Below are positions 7,605-17,567 of a stretch of 44,215 bases of DNA, one piece after another. The DNA lies in IMG/VR virus record IMGVR_UViG_3300048599_000177, positions 1 through 44,215 of that record; one strand, 5' to 3'. Position 1 is the stretch's first letter; each line of letters begins with the position of its first letter. The notes below the pieces were generated by a model. That model was given only the letters and a program-made list of their open reading frames with translations. It was not told where the DNA came from and did no database searches. The translations under genes were made by a program, and so were the position numbers. This DNA is from a virus (Duplodnaviria > Caudoviricetes).

Positions 7605-8131
7605 GGCCCCGCACGCCCGACGTCGTCGTCGCCGCGATCATCGCCGACCTGCGCGCCGGCACGCCCCGCCGCGTCGTCGCCGACCGGTACAACGTGTCCC
7701 CGAGCCACGTGAGCTACCTGCGTCACCGGGAGGGCCTGCACTCCCAGGTCCGGCGCCTCACGGCCGCGGAGATCGCGGACATCGTCGCGTCGGCGGCCGC
7801 CGGCGAGTCGGTCGCGTCGATCGCGGAACGCCACCAGTGCGACGAGAACACGGTTCGCAGGTGGGCACGCACGAACGCGACCCGCTCACGTCGCACGCCC
7901 CGACCCGACGACTCGTGGCGCGAGCAGGCCGCGTGCACCGACCACGACCTCGAAATGTTCTTCCCCCAGGACCGGGGGGACGCAGCCCTGGCGAAGGCCA
8001 TCTGTCAGCGGTGCCCCGTCATCGACGCCTGCCTGGACTGGGCGTTCGCGACGAATGACCAGTACGCGGTGCTCGGCGGCACGTCCGCCGTGGAGCGCCG
8101 CCACATGAAGCGGAACGGAGAGCGATCGTGA
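7601..8131 (+). CDS. whiB: WhiB-family transcription factor with two N-terminal HTH domains
   Basis: WREQAAC...MFFP...AKAICQRCPVIDACL..A.....AVLGG.S..ER contains four Cys; GTG start overlaps the MTase stop. Confidence 0.85.
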   Translation: MRPRTPDVVVAAIIADLRAGTPRRVVADRYNVSPSHVSYLRHREGLHSQVRRLTAAEIADIVASAAAGESVASIAERHQCDENTVRRWARTNATRSRRTPRPDDSWREQAACTDHDLEMFFPQDRGDAALAKAICQRCPVIDACLDWAFATNDQYAVLGGTSAVERRHMKRNGERS

Positions 8132-8442
8132 CGACGACGGATGTGACCCGGGCGAACCGGCTCGAGCTGGAAGTGCTGGCGCTGCGGGCGGAGAACGCGA
8201 ACCTGCGGGCGCAGCTCGCCGCCGTCATGGAGCCGTTCGAGGACGACTCGCCGTGGAGCAATGTGCGCGTCGACGGCGAGGCGAGTGCCGCACGCGGCCA
8301 CGTCGTGATGCGACCCAACGGTGGTCCCAGCATGCACGACGGGCGGTGGAGCGGCCCGATCGGCACGGTCGTCGATGGGCCGTTCGCCGGCGGCGAGGTC
8401 CACGTCGCACCCGTTGGCACTCCCCTGCCGGACGGTGCGTGA
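8128..8442 (+). CDS. Hypothetical protein
   Basis: Coupled ORF with GGAGAG RBS; N-terminal coiled coil. Confidence 0.65.
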   Translation: MTTTDVTRANRLELEVLALRAENANLRAQLAAVMEPFEDDSPWSNVRVDGEASAARGHVVMRPNGGPSMHDGRWSGPIGTVVDGPFAGGEVHVAPVGTPLPDGA

Positions 8443-8804
8443 TGACGCGACGCGCACGTCTCGCCGGCCGCATCACCACCGTGTCGAGACGGTTCGAGAA
8501 CTGGTTCGACACCAGTGCCTTCGCGAACAGCCTGTTCGGCGCGCTGGCCGTGGTCTTCGCGGGCGTGCTGGCAGTCATGGCGATTGTCGGCGCCGTCATC
8601 ATCGGCGGCGTCGCCCTGGGTACGTGGCTGTGGAGCCTGGCGTTCGGCACACCGCCCAGCAAGGGCGAGTGCCTGTCGTGGCACACCGAGACGTCCACCG
8701 TCCTCGTGTCCGCAGGCAAGGGCGTCCTCGTGCCGACGACGCAGTACGAGAACGTCTGCGACGTCTGGCAGTTCCCGCTCGGCGAGTCGACGGACGGCGC
8801 GTGA
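8442..8804 (+). CDS. Hypothetical membrane protein
   Basis: TGATG-coupled; long hydrophobic core. Confidence 0.65.
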   Translation: MTRRARLAGRITTVSRRFENWFDTSAFANSLFGALAVVFAGVLAVMAIVGAVIIGGVALGTWLWSLAFGTPPSKGECLSWHTETSTVLVSAGKGVLVPTTQYENVCDVWQFPLGESTDGA

Positions 8805-9268
8805 TGGTGAACCGCCCGAAAGACATCGGCACGCGCGGCGAGACCGCGATCGTGAAGTACGCGCGCGCCAACGGATTCCCGGACGCCGACCGCCTCACCC
8901 TCACCGGCAACCGGGACCGCGGCGACGTCGCCCTCGACCGGTTCACGATGATCGAAGTGAAGACCGGCCAGCACGCGCAGAGCGCCTCCGCCGGGCAGAT
9001 CGACAAGTGGGTCGCGGAGACGATGCGCGAGCGCGAGCACGGCGGCTGGCGCAACGCGTTCCTCGTCACCCAGCGTCGCGGCTTCGGCCTCCTCACCCCG
9101 GGCTCGTGGTGGGCGTGGTGGTGGCCGCACGGCTGGCGCGACCTCGCCATCCCGTTCCCCCTGGCGACGTCGCTGCGTGACGCGCTCATCCACATCCAGG
9201 CGCGCCGCGACGAGATCAACGAGATCCGGGACCTCGTCGGAGCGCTCGGTCTCGACCAGAACGACTGA
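8804..9268 (+). CDS. Holliday junction resolvase (PD-(D/E)XK)
   Basis: K..GT.GE..I.......G....R....G..D.GD......IEVK pattern typical of actinophage Hjc-like resolvases. Confidence 0.8.
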   Translation: MVNRPKDIGTRGETAIVKYARANGFPDADRLTLTGNRDRGDVALDRFTMIEVKTGQHAQSASAGQIDKWVAETMREREHGGWRNAFLVTQRRGFGLLTPGSWWAWWWPHGWRDLAIPFPLATSLRDALIHIQARRDEINEIRDLVGALGLDQND

Positions 9269-9296
9269 ACCCCAACCACATCTAGGAGCGCAACCC

Positions 9297-9698
9297 ATGA
9301 CCGACACACCGCTCGACGGCGTGCTGCTCGAGGACGACTTCCTCGACGCCGCACGCACCCTCCGCGAGAACGCGGCCACCCGTGCACGCATCGACGCCGA
9401 GGACGCTCACGCCAAGGAGATCCTCGCGAAGGTGCTCACCGACGGCGAGACCGGCGTCGACGCCGACGGCACGCCGCTGGTGAAGATGAAGCCCGGGAAC
9501 CTCGTCTGGAACGACGAGGCCGCGGCCGCGAACCTGCCCGCCGACGTGCTCCCCCGGGTCACCGTCACCGAGCCGGCGCACACCATCGAAGTGCCGGAGC
9601 GCACCTACGTCGACAAGGCGAAGGCGAAGGACGTCCTCGCGCCGGCGCTGTACCGGCTGTGCTGCAAGCCGAACAAGTCGACGGTCGTGATCGCGTGA
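9297..9698 (+). CDS. Hypothetical protein
   Basis: AGGAG RBS; start MTDTPLDG. Confidence 0.7.
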   Translation: MTDTPLDGVLLEDDFLDAARTLRENAATRARIDAEDAHAKEILAKVLTDGETGVDADGTPLVKMKPGNLVWNDEAAAANLPADVLPRVTVTEPAHTIEVPERTYVDKAKAKDVLAPALYRLCCKPNKSTVVIA

Positions 9699-9913
9699 AC
9701 GGCGACACGAGCGGCGTCGTCCGCCTCGTCGGACTGACCCCGATGACAGGCAAGCAGCGCGAGAGCGCGCAGATGGCGGTCGCCCTGTCCCGCAAGGTAG
9801 GCAACAACTACTACCAGGGCACCGTCCCCTACGCCGAAGTCCAGCGCCGTCGGCGGAAGGCGAAGGCCGCCCGGGTGGCTCGCCGGGCGCAACGACGGGC
9901 GGCGAGCCGATGA
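9695..9913 (+). CDS. Small basic hypothetical protein
   Basis: GTGA-coupled; YQGTVP.AEV.RRR.K.KAAR pattern. Confidence 0.6.
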   Translation: MNGDTSGVVRLVGLTPMTGKQRESAQMAVALSRKVGNNYYQGTVPYAEVQRRRRKAKAARVARRAQRRAASR

Positions 9914-10131
9914 GTCGGCAGGGGAAGTGCGCGATCATTCTGACGTCCGGCGACCGCCTCGTCTCCACGGAGAGCCGCAAGAGCGTCCTCGACCAGAGCC
10001 GAGGACCCGCGGTCACAACGACGGTCATACGTCAGACCCGAGTCGGCGACTATCGCGCCCAGGCATCGCCCGGCGATCCGGTGCAGGCGACGATCAACTC
10101 CACTGCCATCGCGGCGGTGATCGACGTATGA
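9910..10131 (+). CDS. Hypothetical protein
   Basis: ATGA overlaps at both ends. Confidence 0.6.
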   Translation: MSRQGKCAIILTSGDRLVSTESRKSVLDQSRGPAVTTTVIRQTRVGDYRAQASPGDPVQATINSTAIAAVIDV

Positions 10132-10517
10132 GCGCCTCAGACTGGATCTCCGCCGCGCCCCTCGAGGCGTACGACGAGACCGAGGTGCCCGGACAGGTCG
10201 TCGTCGACCTGCTCGCGGCCCTCGGGCTCACACCGAAGCACGTCAATGCGGTCCGCATCGAGCCCAACGTCATCGAGATCGACGTGTGGGTGCTGGACGC
10301 CGATGGCGGGCCGGCTGTCGTGGATGACCGGCCGCTCGTGAACACGATCCGTCGCCGCATCGCGTGGGCGCCCGTGGCAATCGCGCCCGAGGGCGAGAAG
10401 CGGTGCGAGCGGATCTGCCGCGCCACCGACGAGTGCTGGGAGAAGTGCGCCCTACCCGTCGGGCACCACGGCCACGACGATCCCGAGCCCTCGCACCGCT
10501 GCGAGGTGCACCGATGA
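10128..10517 (+). CDS. Hypothetical protein with Cys/His-rich C-terminus
   Basis: Start MSASDWIS; coupled at both ends. Confidence 0.65.
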   Translation: MSASDWISAAPLEAYDETEVPGQVVVDLLAALGLTPKHVNAVRIEPNVIEIDVWVLDADGGPAVVDDRPLVNTIRRRIAWAPVAIAPEGEKRCERICRATDECWEKCALPVGHHGHDDPEPSHRCEVHR

Positions 10518-11176
10518 GCCTCGAGTACACGGTCCGCCCAATCTCCGACCGCACCCCGTTCCTCGGCGAGCACACCCCGTCACAGTTCGAGCAGACGTGG
10601 TCGAAGGTCGCCGAGCACCTCGAGCGCGAGCTCGACTTCCTAGGCGCCTACCACGTCGTCATCGAGGTCGACGTCCGCGAGAACCAGCTCCGCGTCGACG
10701 GCCGGCTGCGGGCCGACGCCACCGCCGCATCGCCGGCGGTGCGCCTGGCCTTCGAGTCGATCCACGGCCCGCTCATGTACGCCACCGACAAGTTCTGCCG
10801 CAACGGCCGGACGAAGTACATCAACGGTGCGACGCGCATGGTCGACAACCTGACGCACTGGCAGCACAACCTCTACGCGATCTCCCGCGGCCTCGAGGCG
10901 CTGCGCATGGTCGACCGGTACGGCATCGCCTCCAAGGGTGAGCAGTACGCCGGGTATCGGGCCATCGACTCCGCGCCGGCAGCGCTGACCACTGAGCAGG
11001 CGATCGGAGTCATCACCTCCGTACTCGGCGTGTCCAACCTCAACGGCATCAGCGTCGCGAGCGCGATCCGCCGCGCGAAGGCGGTCGCCCATCCCGACCG
11101 GAACGGCGGCGCGCGGGGTCAATGGGACCAGGTCGACGAGGCCGCCCGCGTCCTCGGGGCGGTGATCGGGTCATGA
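10514..11176 (+). CDS. DnaJ-like (J-domain) phage protein
   Basis: C-terminal AIRRAKAVAHPDRNGG with the HPD motif. Confidence 0.8.
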   Translation: MSLEYTVRPISDRTPFLGEHTPSQFEQTWSKVAEHLERELDFLGAYHVVIEVDVRENQLRVDGRLRADATAASPAVRLAFESIHGPLMYATDKFCRNGRTKYINGATRMVDNLTHWQHNLYAISRGLEALRMVDRYGIASKGEQYAGYRAIDSAPAALTTEQAIGVITSVLGVSNLNGISVASAIRRAKAVAHPDRNGGARGQWDQVDEAARVLGAVIGS

Positions 11177-11592
11177 GCAGCGAGACCCTCGTCACCTACA
11201 CCTGCGACCGCTGCGGGCGCACCGAGGCGTGCGGAAGCGGCAGGACCCCGGAAGGCTGGATGCGGGCCGAGCTCGCGCCGCTCGCCGACGTGACACTGCC
11301 CGCCGACGTCACCACCTTGTCGGGCGAGGCGGCGCCAATGCCGCGCACTGCGCTCCGTCTCGACTGGTGCCAGGACTGTGCAGCGATAGCTGTTCCGACT
11401 TACCGCTCCCGGTTCCTCGACCACCTGTTCGCGCAGTACGAAGCGGGGATCGGTCGCCACAAGAAGACCGACGACGCGCTCCTCGACGACATCGACACAC
11501 GTCACGAAGCCGAAGCGACTGCGCGCGAATCAGTTGAGCGCGTCCTCGCGATCGAGCTGGCCCTCGAGAAGCATCGGGGGGTTCGGCGGTGA
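11173..11592 (+). CDS. Hypothetical zinc-ribbon protein
   Basis: YTCDRCG ... WCQDC. Confidence 0.65.
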   Translation: MSSETLVTYTCDRCGRTEACGSGRTPEGWMRAELAPLADVTLPADVTTLSGEAAPMPRTALRLDWCQDCAAIAVPTYRSRFLDHLFAQYEAGIGRHKKTDDALLDDIDTRHEAEATARESVERVLAIELALEKHRGVRR

Positions 11593-12011
11593 CGGTACCG
11601 GAGTACGGGGTCGCCCGCCGGGTCCAGGCGAAGCAGTGGGACGGCACCTTCCTATCGGCCTACGACATCGACATCTGGTGCCGCACCTTGGGAGTCCGCG
11701 CATCCAGCAACGCCGGCACGCTCATCGTGAACGACGCCGTCGTCCGGCCCGGGGACTACGTCGTCCACGAGGAGCACCCCGCACGCGGCGGCCTCACCTA
11801 CGTCATGGCCGCCAACCGGTTCGAGGTGCATCACACCGTCGGACCCAGCCCCGCGAACACCGCCCTGCAGCTCGCCCTCGGCGTGCTCGCCGGCCAGCGC
11901 GAGCTCGCGCAGATATGCACCCTCGAAGGCGACATGCCCGTGTGGCACCACGCCATCTGCCGCGACGAGGCCATCGCCGCCGTCGCCGACCTCATCGGAG
12001 CAACCCAGTGA
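11589..12011 (+). CDS. Hypothetical protein
   Basis: GTGA-coupled ORF with phage codon usage. Confidence 0.65.
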   Translation: MTVPEYGVARRVQAKQWDGTFLSAYDIDIWCRTLGVRASSNAGTLIVNDAVVRPGDYVVHEEHPARGGLTYVMAANRFEVHHTVGPSPANTALQLALGVLAGQRELAQICTLEGDMPVWHHAICRDEAIAAVADLIGATQ

Positions 12012-12946
12012 CCACCGAGACGAAGCCACGCTGCGCCGGGTGCGACGACCCCATGGACCCCGCCATCACCGACGGCGGCCACTGCATGCACATCGGCTGC
12101 ACCGCCAAGTCCAGCAACCCGGACCTCATCGTCACCGAGATCCTCGACACCGTCCGGGACTCCATCCTCACCCAGCCCCGCAGCCTGCAGAAGATGATCG
12201 GGCCCTCCGAGATTGGACACCCCTGCTCCCGCCGCCTCGGCTACAAGCTCGCCGGCTGCGCCGAAGTCAACGCCCGCGGCGTCGCATGGAAGCCCTACGT
12301 CGGCACCGCCGTCCACGAGCAAGTCGCGACCATCATGGCCGCCGCCGAAGTCGCCAGGTGGCGCAATGCCGGCGCGACCACGACCCGCTGGCACATCGAG
12401 GAACGCGTCACCGTCGGCCAGATCCTCGCCGCCGGCGGCCTGTCCCTCATCACCGGCTCCACCGACCTGTTCGACGCCCACCACGGCATCGTCTTCGACT
12501 GGAAGTTCACGTCCCGCAACCAGATCCGCAAGAACTACAAGCCCCACGGCCCCGGCCCCCAGTACCAGACCCAAGGCCACCTGTACGGGCGCGGCTGGGT
12601 CAACGCCGGATTCGACGTCCAGCACGTCGCCATCATCTTCCTCACCCGCGACGGCGAGTTCTCCGACCGCTACATCTGGCACGAGCCCTACGACGAGCAG
12701 ATCGCCCTGCGCGGCCCCGACGGCGACGGCGGGCTCGAGCGGCTGCAGCGCATCCAGACCAGCCTGGACGCCCTCGGCCCCGAGTTCGTGCTGCCGGCGC
12801 TACCCGTCGTGCAGGCCTACTGTCAAAACTGCCCGTGGTTCAAGGCCGGGTCGACGAACCCGGCCGTCGCCTGCCCGGGCGCCCCGGGCACGGACGCGGT
12901 CCGCGCTGACGCGTTCGACGACCTGATCGGAACGAAGGCGGCATGA
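12008..12946 (+). CDS. Cas4-like / RecB-family PD-(D/E)XK exonuclease
   Basis: IGPSEIGHPC.R.L, GTAVH, GSTDL...DWK, QGHLYG, C-terminal C..CPW...C; GTG start at 12008. Confidence 0.85.
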   Translation: MTTETKPRCAGCDDPMDPAITDGGHCMHIGCTAKSSNPDLIVTEILDTVRDSILTQPRSLQKMIGPSEIGHPCSRRLGYKLAGCAEVNARGVAWKPYVGTAVHEQVATIMAAAEVARWRNAGATTTRWHIEERVTVGQILAAGGLSLITGSTDLFDAHHGIVFDWKFTSRNQIRKNYKPHGPGPQYQTQGHLYGRGWVNAGFDVQHVAIIFLTRDGEFSDRYIWHEPYDEQIALRGPDGDGGLERLQRIQTSLDALGPEFVLPALPVVQAYCQNCPWFKAGSTNPAVACPGAPGTDAVRADAFDDLIGTKAA

Positions 12947-13584
12947 GCGACAACGGTCAACGCTTCGAGGCGTACTACTACGCGTTCGACGCGACAGGCG
13001 ATGAAGGCGTCGATGCCGTTCTGTCGGCGGTCGCCTATGCCGGTCGCATGGCGCACCACACTGAAGGGTGGCAAGACGACGAGCACAACCCGTCGCAGAT
13101 GCAACGCATCCAGCAGGCCGCAAACAAGGCTGCAGCGGATCGTGCCGCCGCCCTGACGGAGCCCAAGGACGCATTCGCCAACATCTCGGTATACGGCGAC
13201 TGGATCGTTGAGGACACCGGCGAGCACACCTGCGGAACCGGGCCGAGCGGCTACTACGGCCAGCACGAACCAGGGTGCGGACTCGTTCCGATCATGCCGC
13301 TCACCGATCTCCCTGGCATGTCCAAGCGCCTCGCCGAGGAACGGGAAGCGTGCGTGCGCCGCTACCAGCAAGCGCAGGCGGCCAGCCGCTACGCCGAGAT
13401 CGCACCCGACGAGATCGTCTCCGCCATCCGTGGCGGAGGGCCTGCGCAGACCTGCGAGTGGTGCGACCAGCCCGCGACAACGGAGCGTCCCTGGCCGGGC
13501 GACGACCGCCTCCACCCGTCGTGCGGTACGAGCGGTCACGGCCTTGCCTCGGACTCCGCCGCCACGGAGAGCACCACCCCCTAG
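12943..13584 (+). CDS. Hypothetical protein
   Basis: ATGA-coupled 213-aa ORF, somewhat lower GC3. Confidence 0.65.
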   Translation: MSDNGQRFEAYYYAFDATGDEGVDAVLSAVAYAGRMAHHTEGWQDDEHNPSQMQRIQQAANKAAADRAAALTEPKDAFANISVYGDWIVEDTGEHTCGTGPSGYYGQHEPGCGLVPIMPLTDLPGMSKRLAEEREACVRRYQQAQAASRYAEIAPDEIVSAIRGGGPAQTCEWCDQPATTERPWPGDDRLHPSCGTSGHGLASDSAATESTTP

Positions 13585-13647
13585 ACCACCCCCGGCGACC
13601 GCCAGGTGGATGCAGCACCGAACCCCAACCACAACTAGGAGAATGCA

Positions 13648-14427
13648 ATGTCCGGAAACAACGAGGCCGACGACTTCCTGTTCGGATCCGCCGTCCCGTC
13701 CGCGAAGTTCCCCACCATCGGGACCACCGTCACCGGTGTCATCACCGAGCCCCCCGCCGTCGCCGAGCAGCGCGACCTGCAGGGCAACGTGAAGACCTTC
13801 GACGACGGGACGCCGCAGAAGATGCTCGTCGTCACGCTGCAGACCGCCGAGCGCGACCCGGAGATCGACGACGACGAGGGGCTGCGCAAGCTCTACGTGA
13901 AGGGCTCCAAGAAGCCCGAGTCGAAGTCGATGACCGCAGCGCTCGGACAGGCCGTCCGCAACGCGAAGGCCAACGGCCTCGAGGTCGGCGGCACCGTCAC
14001 CGTCACGTACATCAGCGACGGCCCGCAGGAGCAGCGCGGGTTCAACCCGCCGAAGCAGTACACCGCCACCTACACGCCGCCCAGCGTCCAGGCGTCCGGT
14101 GACTACCTCGGCGCGAGCGAGCCGGCCGCCGTGCAGGAGACCCTGCCGACGACCCCCGCGGCCACGCCCGCAGCACCGGCTGCGGCAGCGGAGACCCCGG
14201 CGGATCAGGCGAAGAAGCTCATCGCCGCCGGCGTCGACGACGCCACAATCGCCGGCGTCACCGGCCTCGACGCGGGCTTCATCGCCGCCATGCGCAACCC
14301 GGCGCCCGCCGCGGAGAACCCGGCCGAGAAGGCCAAGAAGATGATCGCCGTCGGCGTCGACGACGCCACGATCGTCCAGGTCACCGGGCTCGACGCGAAC
14401 ATCGTCGCCGCGCTGCACCTCACGTAG
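13648..14427 (+). CDS. Putative ssDNA-binding protein with duplicated C-terminal helical module
   Basis: AKF..IG.TV.G.I..., DDDEG.RKLYVK, FNPPK.Y typical of actinophage SSB-like proteins; located near the exonuclease; AGGAG RBS. Confidence 0.65.
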   Translation: MSGNNEADDFLFGSAVPSAKFPTIGTTVTGVITEPPAVAEQRDLQGNVKTFDDGTPQKMLVVTLQTAERDPEIDDDEGLRKLYVKGSKKPESKSMTAALGQAVRNAKANGLEVGGTVTVTYISDGPQEQRGFNPPKQYTATYTPPSVQASGDYLGASEPAAVQETLPTTPAATPAAPAAAAETPADQAKKLIAAGVDDATIAGVTGLDAGFIAAMRNPAPAAENPAEKAKKMIAVGVDDATIVQVTGLDANIVAALHLT

Positions 14428-14438
14428 CGCCCACGACC

Positions 14439-14466
14439 GGCCGACCTCTGGCAAGAGGGTCGGCCA
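14439..14466 (+). terminator. Hairpin after SSB-like gene
   Basis: ggccgacc-tctggcaagag-ggtcggcc. Confidence 0.5.
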
Positions 14467-14604
14467 CGAGCGCGGCGGGGCGTCAACGGGGTTCCTTTCC
14501 AATCCTTACCCGAAGGCGGCCCACGACCCCGACCACATGTGGGCGAGGTCGACCTGCGCCCCGCCGCGCGCCCACCCCCAACCACGAACCAGAAGGGCAT
14601 CGCC

Positions 14605-14886
14605 ATGAACGGACGAGCGAAGACCGAGGACGCGGCCGAGAAGGCAGCCGCCCAGTTCAACCGACCGCTGATCGCGCGCACGCGCATCCGACTCGTCGGC
14701 GGCCTCTCGTACGACGTCGAGGAGCCATTCGAGTACGTCGCGCCCGAGCTCCGCATCGGCTGCGTCATGGAGGTCACTGTGCTGCGAGTCGTGGCCGATG
14801 AGCACAGCAGTGTGCCCACGGCGAAGCCGCTCGTCGTGGCGATCCCCGCGCATGCCGTGGTCGCCGCCATCGACCTCGTCGACTAG
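14605..14886 (+). CDS. Hypothetical protein
   Basis: ATG at 14605 (MNGRAK) with GAAGGG RBS. Confidence 0.65.
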   Translation: MNGRAKTEDAAEKAAAQFNRPLIARTRIRLVGGLSYDVEEPFEYVAPELRIGCVMEVTVLRVVADEHSSVPTAKPLVVAIPAHAVVAAIDLVD

Positions 14887-14942
14887 CGCCACCACTCACG
14901 ACCCGGGCAGGCCCAGCACACCACGAAGGAGACAACGCACAC

Positions 14943-17567
14943 ATGACCGTCGATCGGGTCGCCCTGCTCACCGCCGCCATCAAGTTCGCCCTCAACGGCA
15001 TCGCCGTTGTCCCCGTTAAGACCGACGGGTCCAAGGCCCCCGGCCTGTCGAGCTGGAAGCAGTACCAGGACGCCCGGCCCGCGAACAGCGTCGTCGGCGG
15101 CTGGTTCGACATCGGCAAGCGAACCACCGACGGCGTCGGCGTCCTCACCGGCGCCATCTCCAACCTCGAGATGCTCGAAGCCGAAGGCCGCGCCATCACC
15201 GAAGGCACCTGGGACGCGTTCCTGCAGCTCTGCCGCGACAACGACGCTGGCGACCTCATCGACCGCGTCATGGCCGGCTACACCGAGACGACGCCGTCCG
15301 GCGGCATCCACGTCCTGTACCGGCTCGCCGATGGGACGCCGCGGCGCAACACCCGCCTCGCGTCCAGGCCGTCCACGGCCGCCGAGCTCGCCGAGAACCC
15401 GCATGCGCGGATCAAGGTGCTCCTCGAGACCCGGGGTGAGGGCGGGTTCGTCGTCGTCGCGCCGTCCGGCGGCCGCACCCACGACACCGGCAACGCCTGG
15501 ACGATCGTCGCCGGCGGGCCCGACACGATCGCCACGATCACCGAGGCCGAGCGCGACCAGCTCCACGCCCTCGCATCCATGCTGGACGCCTCCCCCGTCA
15601 TCGGCACACGGGACACCGAGCGCGCACCCACCCCCGCCGGCGACATCGACGGCGTCCGCCCCGGGGACGACTTCAACGCGCGCGCCGACTGGCGGGACAT
15701 CCTCGAGCCGCACGGCTGGAAGCGCCTCGGCCACATCGGCGCCGGCTGGGCGTGGCGCCGGCCCGGGAAGGACGGCCGCGGGATTTCCGCCACCACCGGC
15801 ACCCGCGGCGACGCCGACTGCCTGTACGTGTTCTCCTCGAGCACCGACTTCGACACCGAGCGGCCCCTGACGAAGCTGTTCGTCTACGCCCACTACGAGC
15901 ACGGCGGCGACATGAGCGCCGCCGCGAAGGCGCTCTACGAGCAGGGGTACGGCGAGCGTGGCCGCGTCGACGACTTCTCCGAGCTCATCGGCTTCCGCGA
16001 CGACGACCCCGCACCCACGCCCCGCGGCGCCACCCCTACAGCGCCGGTCGCCACGTCGATCGACGACCCGCCGGCCGCCCCCATCGCACCTGAGACGCCC
16101 GTCGGCCAGGTCGACGGCACCGCGGCGCCCGACACGGTCCCCGAGCAGTTCCCGCCGTCCGTCGGCGACCCCGAGCAGACCACGACCGGGGTGAAAGAGG
16201 CTGTGCCTGCGACGCAGCACGCGAACGCCGTGCGCCTGCTCAACGAGTACGGCCACCTCATCCGGTTCAACGTCAGCGCCGAACGGTGGCTCGCCTGGGA
16301 CGGGGCGCTGTGGCGCGAGCAGGCCCCCGACGGCGGCATCGTCTACCAGTACGCCATCGAGTCCGCCCTCACCCTCCCCGAGGTCTCCAAGGCGGACCGA
16401 CAGGCCAAGAAGTCCGCCCTCTCCGCCGCCGGGATCGCCGCGTGCCTGCGGATCGCGCAGACCACGCCCGCCGTCCGCGTCGTCTTCGACGACCTCGACG
16501 CCCGACCGTGGGAGCTGTCCACCCCGAGCGGCACCGTCGACCTGCGCACCGGCCAGCTCACCGCACCCCTGCCGTCGCACCTGCACACGAAGGCCACGAC
16601 CTGCGCGCCCGACTGGGACGCCGACCGGTCCGCGTGGCTCGCGTTCCTCGACGTCACCTTCCAAGGCGACACCGAGCTCATCGACTGGATGCAGCGGCTC
16701 CTCGGCTACGCGTGCGTCGGCGAGGTCCGCGAGCACATCCTGCCCGTCTTCCACGGCCAAGGCGCGAACGGCAAGAGCGTGCTCCTCGAGGCGCTCCTCG
16801 GCGTCATCGGGGACTACGGCGTCACCATGCCGGCCCGGTTCCTCGTCGTCGGCGGTGAGCAGACCCCCGACAAGGCGAAGCTCATCGGCAAGCGGGTCGC
16901 CGTCGCCATCGAGACGAACGCCGGCGAGCGGTTCAACGAGGCGCTCGTGAAAGAGCTCACCGGCGGCGACCGGCTCACCGGCCGGATGCTCTACCGGAAC
17001 TACGTCGACTGGACGCCGACGCACACGATCTTCCTCGCCACGAACGCCCGCATCGATGTGCCGTCCGGCGGGACGAGCGTGTGGCGGCGCCTGCGGGAGA
17101 TCCCGTTCGACCACGAGATGCCCGTCGCCGAGCGCATCGAGGGCCTGGGCGGCCAGCTCGCCAGCGAGCACGGGCCCGCCGTCCTGTCGTGGATCGTGGA
17201 CGGTGCCGTCGCGTACGGCCGCGACGGGTTGACCGAGCCGCCGGCCGTCGTCGCCGCGACCCACGACTACGAGCGCTCCACGGACTCGATCGGCCGGTTC
17301 TTCGCCGAGGAGATCATCGTCGGTGGCGCCCCCATGGTGAAGGTCCGCGTCGGCGACGTCCGCGCCCGCTACGAGGCGTACTGCCGCGAGATGGGTGACG
17401 CGCCGGCGTCGGCGAAGGCGTTCGGGACGGCGCTGCGCAAGCGGTTCGACGTCGAGACGACGAAGTCCGGCAGCACCCGGTTCTACGTCGGCATCCGGCT
17501 CAACGACCTCGAGGCAGACGGCTCCGAGCCGTCCGAGGCCGATCCGGTGCAGGAGTTCCTGCTGTGA
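14943..17567 (+). CDS. Bifunctional primase-polymerase / P4-D5-type SF3 helicase
   Basis: N-terminal Prim-Pol (TPSGGIH, ETRGEGGFVVVAPS); D5_N region; Walker A GQGANGKS; VKELTGGD. Confidence 0.92.
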   Translation: MTVDRVALLTAAIKFALNGIAVVPVKTDGSKAPGLSSWKQYQDARPANSVVGGWFDIGKRTTDGVGVLTGAISNLEMLEAEGRAITEGTWDAFLQLCRDNDAGDLIDRVMAGYTETTPSGGIHVLYRLADGTPRRNTRLASRPSTAAELAENPHARIKVLLETRGEGGFVVVAPSGGRTHDTGNAWTIVAGGPDTIATITEAERDQLHALASMLDASPVIGTRDTERAPTPAGDIDGVRPGDDFNARADWRDILEPHGWKRLGHIGAGWAWRRPGKDGRGISATTGTRGDADCLYVFSSSTDFDTERPLTKLFVYAHYEHGGDMSAAAKALYEQGYGERGRVDDFSELIGFRDDDPAPTPRGATPTAPVATSIDDPPAAPIAPETPVGQVDGTAAPDTVPEQFPPSVGDPEQTTTGVKEAVPATQHANAVRLLNEYGHLIRFNVSAERWLAWDGALWREQAPDGGIVYQYAIESALTLPEVSKADRQAKKSALSAAGIAACLRIAQTTPAVRVVFDDLDARPWELSTPSGTVDLRTGQLTAPLPSHLHTKATTCAPDWDADRSAWLAFLDVTFQGDTELIDWMQRLLGYACVGEVREHILPVFHGQGANGKSVLLEALLGVIGDYGVTMPARFLVVGGEQTPDKAKLIGKRVAVAIETNAGERFNEALVKELTGGDRLTGRMLYRNYVDWTPTHTIFLATNARIDVPSGGTSVWRRLREIPFDHEMPVAERIEGLGGQLASEHGPAVLSWIVDGAVAYGRDGLTEPPAVVAATHDYERSTDSIGRFFAEEIIVGGAPMVKVRVGDVRARYEAYCREMGDAPASAKAFGTALRKRFDVETTKSGSTRFYVGIRLNDLEADGSEPSEADPVQEFLL

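Noticed and set aside
12008-12946. Cas4-like gene as part of a CRISPR system
   Set aside because: No cas1/cas2 and no repeat-spacer array; solo Cas4-like exonucleases are routine phage recombination genes.
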